Below are positions 1 through 9,058 of a stretch of 64,000 bases of DNA, piece by piece. Positions within the stretch are counted from its first letter, which is position 1; each line of letters starts with the position of its first letter. The DNA is from an uncultured archaeon. Lineage in GTDB: Archaea > Nanobdellota > Nanobdellia > Pacearchaeales > GW2011-AR1. Below the pieces are notes generated by a model that saw nothing but the letters and a program-made list of their open reading frames with translations, was not told the DNA's origin and did no database searches. The stretch spans positions 13,239 through 77,238 of the forward strand of contig CAIKWG010000042.1 in assembly GCA_903831045.1 (NCBI GenBank), in the 5' to 3' direction. Made by a program: the position numbers and the translations under genes.

Positions 1-345
1 TGGGAAGATGGAGCCATTGACTTTGGTTTGGGCTTAATGCGAATTGCTTTTACGGCAGATGCCCAGGGAAATATGACTTTGGAGATAAAAGATTTAATGA
101 CCGGAGAAGTAAATGTAAATTCCATCAAAGGAACTTTTGATCCAAAGAGTAAACCAGGGTCAGATATTATGATTACTCAAACCCATCGCTGGGCCAATGA
201 GTGGATAGCTCTTACTCCGGGAGATCCAATTCCCGCTAGAAGTATGCGTTATGACATTCTTGCAGGTTCAGGTATGAAATTTTATTATGCTCAAACCAAT
301 CCTGTTTCAGAATGGTGGTTCCAGGTTAATTTGACAAAGCAGTAA
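1..345 (+). CDS. Hypothetical protein, 5'-truncated
   Basis: Frame is open from base 1 (WEDGAIDFGLGLMR...) to TAA at 343-345. Confidence 0.6.
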   Translation, partial: WEDGAIDFGLGLMRIAFTADAQGNMTLEIKDLMTGEVNVNSIKGTFDPKSKPGSDIMITQTHRWANEWIALTPGDPIPARSMRYDILAGSGMKFYYAQTNPVSEWWFQVNLTKQ

Positions 346-349
346 GAAC

Positions 350-535
350 ATGTCAGAAACTAAAAAGATAGATGTGGAGAAAACAATTCAAAACATCTTG
401 GATAAAAGAAGTATTGGAATTTCAGTTGATGAAGCAAAATTAAGAGCTGAGATTCAAAATCTTAAGGATCCAACAGATTTTCTAACTCAGTGTGTGAAAC
501 TGGTGCGTACTGAGATTGCTTATGTCCAGAAGTAA
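350..535 (+). CDS. Small hypothetical protein
   Basis: 61 aa ATG-TAA ORF tiling the array. Confidence 0.55.
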   Translation: MSETKKIDVEKTIQNILDKRSIGISVDEAKLRAEIQNLKDPTDFLTQCVKLVRTEIAYVQK

Positions 536-554
536 TCATTAATCTTTAACGGCA

Positions 555-625
555 GCTCTATTAGTTTAAGGATAAAACATCTGACTTCTTATCAGAAGAT
601 GCAAGTTCGAGTCTTGTACAGAGCA
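555..625 (+). tRNA. tRNA-Arg(UCU), AT-rich, no encoded CCA
   Basis: Acceptor GCTCTAT/ACAGAGC (one A-C mismatch), D arm GTTT..AAAC with GGATA, anticodon arm TCTGA-CTTCTTA-TCAGA, T arm GCAAG-TTCGAGT-CTTGT. Confidence 0.85.
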
Positions 626-671
626 CAAATTTTACAAAACCAATCTAATTAATAATTTCAATTTTATTATT

Positions 672-1235
672 ATGAACTCAACTTTTTGTATGTCTTTTGC
701 TTTCTATATGTGGGCAATTGGCAAAGCAATGGAAGAAGTTGCATTTAAGCAAGCTTTTTCTGAACCTGATGCTTATTTTGAACAGCATCATCCAATTATT
801 GACGAAGAAGAAAATGATTTGGAACAAAATCATTGGATTCAGGTAGCTCTCCTTGAGTCTTTTATGGAAGATGAACCTCTTGAAGAAGATTCCATCTCTG
901 TCGAAGAGATTGCACTAATTAAAAAATGGGACTGCAAACGTCCAGATAATACCAGCAGAAGATCAAGGTATAATCATTATGATAAATACCGCAGGCAAAA
1001 AGACTCTTGCAGTTATCTTTGTCAGGATGAACTTCGCTTCAAAAGAGCAAACAGACACAGAACTCCAATTAATGTTGACACCACCGATTTCTCTTATCGT
1101 GTTTATGCTTCCAATCCGAGAAGTTATTATAAAGAACAGCATGTGAAACTTTTTGTTAATCTTCAGGATAACAAAATAGAAGTAGCGAATATTCATGGCA
1201 CAAGCCATTATTTTCAGATGGAACTTGTTTTCTAG
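672..1235 (+). CDS. Hypothetical protein (acidic N-half, basic C-half)
   Basis: 187 aa ORF after AT-rich leader. Confidence 0.6.
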   Translation: MNSTFCMSFAFYMWAIGKAMEEVAFKQAFSEPDAYFEQHHPIIDEEENDLEQNHWIQVALLESFMEDEPLEEDSISVEEIALIKKWDCKRPDNTSRRSRYNHYDKYRRQKDSCSYLCQDELRFKRANRHRTPINVDTTDFSYRVYASNPRSYYKEQHVKLFVNLQDNKIEVANIHGTSHYFQMELVF

Positions 1236-1264
1236 TCTCTCCTTTTTTACTTTCATATTTCTCT

Positions 1265-1308
1265 GCAGGTGCACTTTTCTCCCCGAAAGCATGTGCACCT
1301 GCTTTTTT
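1265..1308 (+). terminator. Hairpin + T-tract, family C copy 1
   Basis: GCAGGTGCAC/GTGCACCTGC stem followed by TTTTTT; related copy at 10132. Confidence 0.7.
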
Positions 1309-1343
1309 CTTTAATAAAATTTTCAAAAATAATTTAATAATCA

Positions 1344-1589
1344 ATGATTATGAATACAAAACAAATTAATTCAGCATTGCCAACCCTTGCTCTGCCCAGA
1401 GTTTTAGGTTGGGTTATACTTGGTCTTGTAATAATGGGATTATTGGCAATTATTTGTGGAATTAAAATTGCAACTGAAAAATCTATCTGGGGATTAGTTG
1501 CATTTGTTCCTGCATGTCTGTTCGTAAGCTCCATAGTTTATTGTACAATAAAAGATTATACTAAACAAAAATTTTCAAAAACAGCTTAA
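1344..1589 (+). CDS. Small membrane protein (2 TM)
   Basis: Two hydrophobic segments. Confidence 0.6.
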   Translation: MIMNTKQINSALPTLALPRVLGWVILGLVIMGLLAIICGIKIATEKSIWGLVAFVPACLFVSSIVYCTIKDYTKQKFSKTA

Positions 1590-1601
1590 TAATTTTTAGT
1601 C

Positions 1602-2024
1602 ATGAAAACTTTTATTTCTAACCTTTACAAAAGAATAATTAATTCGATTGTAAGCATGTCAAATTTAGGAGTAATTGTTAGTGCATGGGCAATAGCAATT
1701 TTTCTCCTTTGGATTCCGCTTGAAGGAAAAGAAATGTTTCACAAACATCTTTTCTGGAATTTGTGGTTTGTAATTTATTTTGTGTTTACTTGCATTCGTC
1801 TGCATGTATCCATTAAACGTATAGACAGAATGAGTATGCGTGGATTTATCACAATTATGTATCTTCTCATCATTGTGTTTCTAACAATGCCTATATGGTT
1901 AGGTTCTTTGATGGAATTTTCTTTTGGAAAAATATTTTTCTTAATAGCTATTCCTTTTGATTTATTCGGAAGATTTATGCTGTACGAAATTTATACTAAG
2001 AGAGGCAAAGATTATCACTTTTAA
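1602..2024 (+). CDS. Membrane protein (~4 TM)
   Basis: Hydrophobic segments; TAGTCATG start context shared with other array genes. Confidence 0.65.
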   Translation: MKTFISNLYKRIINSIVSMSNLGVIVSAWAIAIFLLWIPLEGKEMFHKHLFWNLWFVIYFVFTCIRLHVSIKRIDRMSMRGFITIMYLLIIVFLTMPIWLGSLMEFSFGKIFFLIAIPFDLFGRFMLYEIYTKRGKDYHF

Positions 2025-2061
2025 TGGATATTTTAAAAACAAATTTCTAATTTTCAAAATA

Positions 2062-2739
2062 ATGAAAACATCTATTTCTAATTCAGTTAACTCCTGGAAT
2101 GTAGACAGAGTTGTAAGAGTGTTTGCTAAATTTGGTGTTCTTTACTTCCTCGGATTAATAATTTTTTATCTTGTAAAGAATCCCACTGTTTTTCATTTCT
2201 ATCTTCCTAATGGATCTCTATCTCCTAACTACCATTGGATAGCCCAACTTGTGATAAATATGTTCGGCTATTTTTTCTTTGTAGCTTCTGTTGCGGTATT
2301 CCTTTGGAATATTGAGGATAATAAAAGATTAAATGCTGCGCAGAGAGAAGATTCAGGATTAAGAGCCCTCCTTGGATTCGTCTTTGGATTAATAATTACT
2401 GCTTTTATTTTCATTTTTTACCATAATCTGTTCATGCCCCCATCTTTCTCGATGTTGGTGTTGCCAGAGTTAATCACTTTTATTGTTATTGCATGCCTGG
2501 CAGATGCTATTCCAAATAGTCGTAGGACTTATTCTACTATGCTATATTCTTTGATTTTTGGTTATTGTTTCTTTATGGGTTTCTTTCTTGGGTTTCTTGA
2601 GGCAGTAGTTCTTTTAGTAACATTAATTTCCCTTGCATGGATTTTGGTCCTAATAATAAGAATTATCTTTTATTCCCCAACCATGTGGAAAAAAATCTGG
2701 AATAGAATAATAACTTTCTTTAAATGGTGGATTAAATAA
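2062..2739 (+). CDS. Multi-TM membrane protein, probable paralog of 12304..12978
   Basis: Likely start MKTSISN; SWNxxRVxR near N-terminus and WxxIW near C-terminus shared with 12304. Confidence 0.65.
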   Translation: MKTSISNSVNSWNVDRVVRVFAKFGVLYFLGLIIFYLVKNPTVFHFYLPNGSLSPNYHWIAQLVINMFGYFFFVASVAVFLWNIEDNKRLNAAQREDSGLRALLGFVFGLIITAFIFIFYHNLFMPPSFSMLVLPELITFIVIACLADAIPNSRRTYSTMLYSLIFGYCFFMGFFLGFLEAVVLLVTLISLAWILVLIIRIIFYSPTMWKKIWNRIITFFKWWIK

Positions 2740-2757
2740 TAAATAAATTTAGTAGTC

Positions 2758-3222
2758 ATGAAAAATTTAGTTAATCAATTTGATGAACCCGAAGGAAAAG
2801 GTTCAATTCTGCATTTGAAAAATGGCAAAAAATTTCTTGCTTTCTATCTGACGGAATATCGTAGCTATCAAATTTTTAAGGATGTCGATAGCAATTACTG
2901 GGCCTATGATCCTACACCAGAAATAAAGAAAGTCTGCGAACCTTTATGCAAAACGTTTGAAGAAGTTCAGGAATTAATTAATGATGCGATTGTACTTGAA
3001 TTTGCAGGATCCTGCTTTGAATCGGAGTATGGTGATCCTGAAAAATATCGTGATGAAGATGAACAGCTCTTTAAAGATCAAGAAGAACAGGATCTTTTGA
3101 GAGATGAACATGAAGCTCTGAAGGATGAACTTGACCCGCGCTCTTACCAGAACATCTTTAACTTTGATGGTCTCGAGCCCTATGCAAATGAAGAAGAAGC
3201 TTATTGGGGCTCTAACTTGTAA
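2758..3222 (+). CDS. Acidic hypothetical protein
   Basis: 154 aa ORF, D/E-rich C-half. Confidence 0.65.
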   Translation: MKNLVNQFDEPEGKGSILHLKNGKKFLAFYLTEYRSYQIFKDVDSNYWAYDPTPEIKKVCEPLCKTFEEVQELINDAIVLEFAGSCFESEYGDPEKYRDEDEQLFKDQEEQDLLRDEHEALKDELDPRSYQNIFNFDGLEPYANEEEAYWGSNL

Positions 3223-3248
3223 AAAATAATTTAATAGATTTTAATCAA

Positions 3249-3797
3249 ATGAAAAAGTTTCTCAATTCTCATCTGCTCTGGCAGATTGTCTCAGGAATTA
3301 ATTTCCTTGGAAGTATCGCACTTCTGTTACCTTTTATGAGCTTGGCACTTACGCATCAAGACAACTGGTTTATTAGTTTCACAACGAATTCTGAACTTAC
3401 CTATCTTTACAATGGTCTCTTTGTAACGTATAATCCAGATACATTGTTTAAGTTTAGTGGAATCTGGTTTTCTCTTTCAACCATTGCTACAATTCTAATG
3501 CTTATCCTCCCTTCTTATTTATCTAAACCAAAATTTATAGAATTAACAAATGGTGCTGATAAAAAAGTTAAGGTAGACATATCAAGAAGGGCTTGTAAAA
3601 AATATGGTGCTTGCTATAATGAATATGTGCTCTTTCCAGATAGAAGCATGGCCGTGGTAATTGGAGTTGGTCCAGATATAAAAGGGCATAATCAACTTTG
3701 GTTAATCTTCTTGAATGATAGTGGCAAAGCTTCCTATTTACCTGATTGGAAAGATGTTAGCTTTATTACAGAGCAAGAAATAAAAATTTTAAGATAA
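3249..3797 (+). CDS. Membrane protein with C-terminal copy of the array's repeated small beta domain
   Basis: 2 TM, then VDISRRACKKYG...FPD...AVVIGVG...LW, matching repeats in 29207 and 33620. Confidence 0.65.
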   Translation: MKKFLNSHLLWQIVSGINFLGSIALLLPFMSLALTHQDNWFISFTTNSELTYLYNGLFVTYNPDTLFKFSGIWFSLSTIATILMLILPSYLSKPKFIELTNGADKKVKVDISRRACKKYGACYNEYVLFPDRSMAVVIGVGPDIKGHNQLWLIFLNDSGKASYLPDWKDVSFITEQEIKILR

Positions 3798-3815
3798 CGG
3801 ATTAATTTCTGCTTG

Positions 3816-3852
3816 GCTCATTTTTCTGTTTGGAGTTTAACTAAACAGAATT
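3816..3852 (+). promoter_or_regulatory. Conserved hairpin, family B copy 1
   Basis: CTCATTTTTCTGTTTGGAGTTTAACTAAACAGA; stem ends 55 nt before ATG 3904. Confidence 0.6.
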
Positions 3853-3903
3853 TATTTTCATTAATAATTAATTAACAATTTTAATTTATAGGAGATTTAT
3901 ATT

Positions 3904-5043
3904 ATGTCAATGGGTTATTCAAAATCAAAAGACCTTCAGGGTAAAATCCTCGAGGTTGGAGATAGAGTGCTTCTAGAAGAAATTATCTATGAAGCAAAAA
4001 CTATTCCAAGCACTTCTTTCTTTGAGCTTGCTCACGTTTTTGATGGAAGAAATTGTACTCTCACATCAAGAGAAACATTGGAACAATTAACTGAATATGC
4101 AATGGAAAAATTTCTGGCTAATGAAAAGAAGATTGCAGATTCATCTATCTCTGCTACGTCGGAAATTCCAGAATTTCCAAAGTTTGAAGTTCCAAAAACT
4201 TGGGCCACTTATACTCATTCTTCAGAGCTTAATGGTAAAATCCTTCAAATAGGAGATAGTGTTAAATTTCCAAAAAAGGATCTTTCCTATAGAGTAGTTG
4301 AAGATAAAAAGATGGGGCATGTGCTCTTGTACAAGGGTTCCATTCCAAAATTTTTCCTTGGGTCAAAAACCTTGGAAGAATTAACTTCAAGGGTGATTGA
4401 GAAATTTAAGGAAGAGGAACGACAGATTGCAGAAGAAGCCGAAGCAAAAAAAGAAGCCGAAGAAATTCTGCCTTTCTTTCCCGAGCCTGTAGAGAACTTT
4501 GTTTTCACCTCTTCAAATGAACTTAAAGGAAAAACTCTTGGTGTTAAGGATATTGTGTATTTTCCTACTAAAGAGACTTCCTATGAGGTTGCACTTAACA
4601 TCAATCCTAAGATTCCCTATGTTCTCAAATATCGGGACTCAGAATTTAAGATGGTTCTGCTGGGATATTCTCTTGAGGATTTAACTCAGAACACAATTCT
4701 TAAATTTGAGGAAGAGGAACATTTCATGGCAGAAAAAGCCGAAAAAGAGAAAGCAAAATCCGCCAAAGTTATTGTAGACTCTTCAGATTACTTTAAGTCC
4801 AAGATCTTACGGGTGGGGGATGTAATTAAATTTCCCGGAATTGCCCAGACTTTTGTTTTTCAGATAGATGCAGATTATAACTTCGTACTTCTGACAGAGC
4901 AAGGTTTGCCAACTAAACATTATTTTAATTCTTCCTATGCTGTGACTTCCGTTGTGGCAGAGGCATTCAAGGCTTTTGAAGAAGCCATAAAGATTGCTCA
5001 AGGGTTTAGTCTAAATTCTGCACCAACAATTAATCTTGGATAA
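3904..5043 (+). CDS. Protein with four ~95 aa internal repeats
   Basis: Repeated S.EL.GKIL.(V/I)GD.V.FP...LEELT...EKF.EEE..IAE motif; GGAG leader. Confidence 0.75.
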   Translation: MSMGYSKSKDLQGKILEVGDRVLLEEIIYEAKTIPSTSFFELAHVFDGRNCTLTSRETLEQLTEYAMEKFLANEKKIADSSISATSEIPEFPKFEVPKTWATYTHSSELNGKILQIGDSVKFPKKDLSYRVVEDKKMGHVLLYKGSIPKFFLGSKTLEELTSRVIEKFKEEERQIAEEAEAKKEAEEILPFFPEPVENFVFTSSNELKGKTLGVKDIVYFPTKETSYEVALNINPKIPYVLKYRDSEFKMVLLGYSLEDLTQNTILKFEEEEHFMAEKAEKEKAKSAKVIVDSSDYFKSKILRVGDVIKFPGIAQTFVFQIDADYNFVLLTEQGLPTKHYFNSSYAVTSVVAEAFKAFEEAIKIAQGFSLNSAPTINLG

Positions 5044-5070
5044 CCTTTTCATTTATCTTTCACATTAAGA

Positions 5071-5104
5071 GAGCAGAAAAAAGAAAGGAGGAAATCTTCT
5101 GCTC
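5071..5104 (+). terminator. Intergenic hairpin
   Basis: GAGCAGAA/TTCTGCTC stem with long loop; weak T-tract. Confidence 0.4.
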
Positions 5105-5140
5105 CTTAAATTAATTTACAAATTTACAAATTTACAAATT

Positions 5141-5368
5141 TTGTTCAAAGTGAAAACGAAAAATATTTTGCTTTTATTGTTATGCTCTCTGCTTATGGCA
5201 AGTCTAGTTCTTGGAGTTAGTTTTCTAGTTACAAAAGAATCTTTCTCTATGCGTGCTCTTCTTGAGCTTTGGTCCTTGTGTTTTATATTCTTTATCTTTT
5301 TCAGATTTATCAAATTAACAATAATTAATAATTCCAAATTTTTATTTAATCATGAAAACTCTTATTAA
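5141..5368 (+). CDS. Small membrane protein (start uncertain)
   Basis: 2 hydrophobic segments; TTG/GTG start only. Confidence 0.4.
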   Translation: MFKVKTKNILLLLLCSLLMASLVLGVSFLVTKESFSMRALLELWSLCFIFFIFFRFIKLTIINNSKFLFNHENSY

Positions 5369-5639
5369 GAAAATTATTCATTCAGGAGAAATCTATTCCT
5401 GGTTGCTTGCGGGTTTTACCTTTTCACTCATTGCCGTTATGTGGAAAGAAAATAAAATCCTGGTTTATGCTCTTCCTCAGGTTGCAGTAGTTATGGCTCA
5501 ACTTATTTATCTTCTTATTGAGAAACAGAAATTTTTCTCAATCAAACTTCTCTATTCGGAAATTGTCATTAATTTGGCTTACTTTAGTTCCTATGAATTC
5601 TTTCTTTTCTTTATGAAATCAGGTTTATCTAATAATTAA
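5352..5639 (+). CDS. Small membrane protein
   Basis: 95 aa hydrophobic ORF. Confidence 0.55.
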   Translation: MKTLIKKIIHSGEIYSWLLAGFTFSLIAVMWKENKILVYALPQVAVVMAQLIYLLIEKQKFFSIKLLYSEIVINLAYFSSYEFFLFFMKSGLSNN

Positions 5640-5659
5640 TAATTTTAAATTTTATTATC

Positions 5660-6358
5660 ATGAAAAATTCCATTAACAAATCCATGCCAGCAATATTTTT
5701 AATATTACTTTTTGCTTCAGTATTGTGCTTTAATTTTGCTGACCTTTCTCTTAAAACATCTTTCTTTGGATTTCCTGGACTTCCAGAAATTATCCTGGTA
5801 ATCTTCTTTGCAATGTCCCCAACATTTTTGCTTCTCTGGGGAGCAAGCACAAATGGGTATAAAGAATATTCTCCTGGATTTTTATTTGCAATGGTTGTCT
5901 TCTTAGCTATTATTTTAGCAATAGTTGTTTTTGTAATGAGTATTCTTCCTCTTGGAATCTTATATGCGCTTTCGTGTGCTTTTTTCTTAATCCCAACTAT
6001 CCTCTATATTCTCAAGAGAAATAAAAGGTTGCTGGAGATAGAAACAGCAGAAAAAGCAATAGCAATAAGAAAAGCCAAGGCAAAAGTTGCAGAGCACAAA
6101 AGAGAACTTGAGAAAATCTTTCAGGAGTTCTTTGATAAGAATGCATTATACACAGAATCCCAAGAGGTTTACGAACTAACAGAATATGCAGATAAAATCA
6201 TGGATTTAACGGTTATAGAATTTCCAAAAAAAATCAAAGAAACTCTCAATGATTTTAATAAAATTCCTGTAACTCTAAGGCCCTGGTTGTTTGCAGTAGT
6301 TGCAAAACGTCTAACAGAATTAAAGAATTGTTCTGTTGAAGATTTATTTCAGGAATAA
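5660..6358 (+). CDS. Membrane protein with cytoplasmic helical domain, paralog of 6851..7561
   Basis: 4 TM, KRNKR, coiled coil, C-terminal IPV...LF..VA..L..L..CS.E shared with 6851. Confidence 0.7.
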   Translation: MKNSINKSMPAIFLILLFASVLCFNFADLSLKTSFFGFPGLPEIILVIFFAMSPTFLLLWGASTNGYKEYSPGFLFAMVVFLAIILAIVVFVMSILPLGILYALSCAFFLIPTILYILKRNKRLLEIETAEKAIAIRKAKAKVAEHKRELEKIFQEFFDKNALYTESQEVYELTEYADKIMDLTVIEFPKKIKETLNDFNKIPVTLRPWLFAVVAKRLTELKNCSVEDLFQE

Positions 6359-6401
6359 TTCTAAACTTCTCCTAAAAATTAATTAATAATTTTAAAACAA
6401 A

Positions 6402-6830
6402 ATGAATAAGCTTTTTGAAACCATCGAAGATTTTCTAAATCAATTAAAATTGGACTTTCTCCCAGATTCCCAGTTTCTAGGAGATTTAATTTCTGACTGC
6501 ATCGCATATATTGACTTCATTATTTCTTTAGAAGAAAGAAAATTGGAAATCTTGAATTTCAAAGAAGAAGATTTTACTGAAAAGAAGAAGCCAGTTTATC
6601 TCTTGAAGTACCCTGAAGCAGCAGTGATGTTGTCTGTAACTAAAAGAGAGAAATCTCTTTGCGAAAAGCATCTTGTAAGTCTAAGGACAACAAGAGATTC
6701 CTATAATCTTGTGTTAGCACAAGTTGGTTCCTATCCTTATCCTAACAGAAATATTGTTTTGGATTTTCAGGAAACAGCCAATCTCCTAAGAGAGGAAAAA
6801 ATTCAATTAGAAAAAGAACTCAATCAATAA
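6402..6830 (+). CDS. Hypothetical helical protein
   Basis: 142 aa ORF. Confidence 0.6.
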   Translation: MNKLFETIEDFLNQLKLDFLPDSQFLGDLISDCIAYIDFIISLEERKLEILNFKEEDFTEKKKPVYLLKYPEAAVMLSVTKREKSLCEKHLVSLRTTRDSYNLVLAQVGSYPYPNRNIVLDFQETANLLREEKIQLEKELNQ

Positions 6831-6850
6831 TTCTAAATTTTTATTTCATC

Positions 6851-7561
6851 ATGAAAAACTTTCTTAAACATTTTATCAACAAAGGAGGGATATTCCTTTT
6901 TTGTGCAATTGTGTGCACTGTATTATTTGTACTTCTATGGTCTCATCATGCAACTTTAGCAGTTATTACTGTTGCATGTGTACTGCCTCTTTTATATCTC
7001 TGGTCCTGGTACGTAAGTTATACAATTGAGTCGATTAAACGTAATCCCTCTCTGCCAGATGCATTTTCAAATTCTGGTTTTGTGATGGTAGTTGCAGCAA
7101 TATTTGTTATGTGTGTGGGATTTTCTAACAATCATTTTTGGATAATTTACCTAACACTATCCGTTGTTCTTTTCTGTTTAGATCTTTTAATAATTTCCAA
7201 ACGAAACAAGAGAATGATCAGACTTTGGGAAGCCAAGAAAGCAGAAGAAGAAAAGCAGATAGCAATTGAACTGGAAAGCAAAAAGAAAATGCTTGATACG
7301 GTTTTGTTTATATTCTTGGATTCAGGAGCTCCCAATATGAATGCACTTCAAATAAGGGAGATTCTTCAATCAAAGGAGAACATTGATAAAATCGCTTCTG
7401 TAGATAATCCCGAAGAGCTTTCAGTTTTGCTTAATGAGACGTTTTCCACAATTCCTGTGTCAAACATTTATCTCTTATTTTCAATAGTAGCCCAAAAACT
7501 TGCAGACCTTCGTGGATGCTCACTGGAAGAGGTTTGTAAAAGTAGAACTCTTCATGTTTAA
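6851..7561 (+). CDS. Membrane protein, paralog of 5660..6358
   Basis: Same architecture and motifs as 5660. Confidence 0.7.
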   Translation: MKNFLKHFINKGGIFLFCAIVCTVLFVLLWSHHATLAVITVACVLPLLYLWSWYVSYTIESIKRNPSLPDAFSNSGFVMVVAAIFVMCVGFSNNHFWIIYLTLSVVLFCLDLLIISKRNKRMIRLWEAKKAEEEKQIAIELESKKKMLDTVLFIFLDSGAPNMNALQIREILQSKENIDKIASVDNPEELSVLLNETFSTIPVSNIYLLFSIVAQKLADLRGCSLEEVCKSRTLHV

Positions 7562-7601
7562 TCTTTAATCTAATTCTTTAATTAATAACTTCTATTCTGT
7601 C

Positions 7602-8138
7602 ATGATAACAAAAAATTATTATCGGAATGTTATGTATTTTTGGATGTTTCTGTTCCTGCTCCCAATGCTTGGCGCATTAATCTGTGCAATTTTAATGATA
7701 ATCGGAGGAGACAGTTCGCATCTTTATTTATACGAACAAGGATATGTCAACGGTAACGCCTCTAGTTCTCTAAAACTTGAAGACCTCCTAAGTATTATGT
7801 ATGCTCTGGGAGGTATGTCTCTAGCCTTTAATCTGCTGCTATTTGCGAAAGATCGCAGAACTCTTATTGATTATTCTCCTCTCCTTCAATTTGGATTATT
7901 TATTCTCTGCGCAGCTATAGGTTTCTGGTTGTATCATTATGACATTAATCATACTCCCTTGGAAATACAAGACGAGTTCTTTAATTACAAGGGTCTTATG
8001 AAGATAGGTTATGCATTGTCCGGCCTAATAACTTTCACAATTGCGAGTCTTGTTTATTGGGGGTTCTGGCTTCTTCCTGCTGCTAAAAAAGCAGATAATG
8101 TTAATTTTGAAAAATTGTTAAACGCTCAAAATTCTTAA
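7602..8138 (+). CDS. Membrane protein (~4 TM)
   Basis: Hydrophobic segments. Confidence 0.65.
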   Translation: MITKNYYRNVMYFWMFLFLLPMLGALICAILMIIGGDSSHLYLYEQGYVNGNASSSLKLEDLLSIMYALGGMSLAFNLLLFAKDRRTLIDYSPLLQFGLFILCAAIGFWLYHYDINHTPLEIQDEFFNYKGLMKIGYALSGLITFTIASLVYWGFWLLPAAKKADNVNFEKLLNAQNS

Positions 8139-8142
8139 TTCA

Positions 8143-8565
8143 ATGAAAAATAGATTAAACTTCGTTCAGGCAATTGAAACTCTTTTGCCTCTTGCATTTG
8201 TTCTTTCTCGGAATTCCTACCGCTTTGATACGCTTCCAGTTCATCTCCAAGCAATTTTGAAATCCTGTTCGGACCTGAAAGAAAAAGATTCGGATTTGCA
8301 CTTTTTATCAAATGAGCTTGAACTTGAATTAGACTCATCAACAGGCTATCTTAGTCCTGAAGATTGGCAGAAAATTCTCTATCAGTTGAAGGATTATGTT
8401 AAATCAACCAGGGTTTTTTCTGCAGGTAAATTTTATCGCATGCAAATCTTCTCTTCTCTGGACAGAAGTATTATCTCCGTTTCTCCGCTCAAGCCTTTTC
8501 CAAGGGGGTGGCATAAACCAGAGAAGATTTCGACTCTTTCAGATTTATCAAAACTTAATAATTAA
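8143..8565 (+). CDS. Hypothetical protein
   Basis: 140 aa ORF tiling the array. Confidence 0.55.
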   Translation: MKNRLNFVQAIETLLPLAFVLSRNSYRFDTLPVHLQAILKSCSDLKEKDSDLHFLSNELELELDSSTGYLSPEDWQKILYQLKDYVKSTRVFSAGKFYRMQIFSSLDRSIISVSPLKPFPRGWHKPEKISTLSDLSKLNN

Positions 8566-8580
8566 TTGGGAGTTTTTAAA

Positions 8581-9021
8581 ATGAAAGCACAAAAAAAAGT
8601 TGTTCCAGAAAATGAGATAATGAAACTAGTCTTCATTGTCCTTGTTACTTTTTTCTGTTTTGTTGGAATATTTATAGATATTATTCCAAAATTTGAAGAG
8701 ATAGTGGCATCTTCTGACCCTCTGGCCTGGTCCAATTCCTGGATGTTAGACATAGTAGTGGAATTCATCGGGATTATTTTTGTAAGTTTGCTTCTCAATA
8801 GCTTTTTTATTAATACAAAGAAGACAAATAATCCGGTGCTTTTCCTTTCCTATATTGCTGGGGGGATATTATTTGGGTTTATTATATCGGTAATTGTTCT
8901 AGCAATTTTATCAACAAATTCATCTGGTTATTGGAATCTTTGGATAGTTGAACCAGTTTTTGGTTCATGGCTTGGCCTGCTTGCAGGATTTTTTCTAAAC
9001 ATTGGTAATAAACAAAGTTAA
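8581..9021 (+). CDS. Membrane protein (~4 TM)
   Basis: Likely start MKAQKK. Confidence 0.6.
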   Translation: MKAQKKVVPENEIMKLVFIVLVTFFCFVGIFIDIIPKFEEIVASSDPLAWSNSWMLDIVVEFIGIIFVSLLLNSFFINTKKTNNPVLFLSYIAGGILFGFIISVIVLAILSTNSSGYWNLWIVEPVFGSWLGLLAGFFLNIGNKQS

Positions 9022-9058
9022 TAATTTCTAAATTTAAAAATTTCTAAATGTTAAAAAA

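Noticed and set aside
5113..5141. AATTTACA x3.6 tandem repeat as iteron or operator
   Set aside because: Single short AT-rich occurrence, compatible with slippage.
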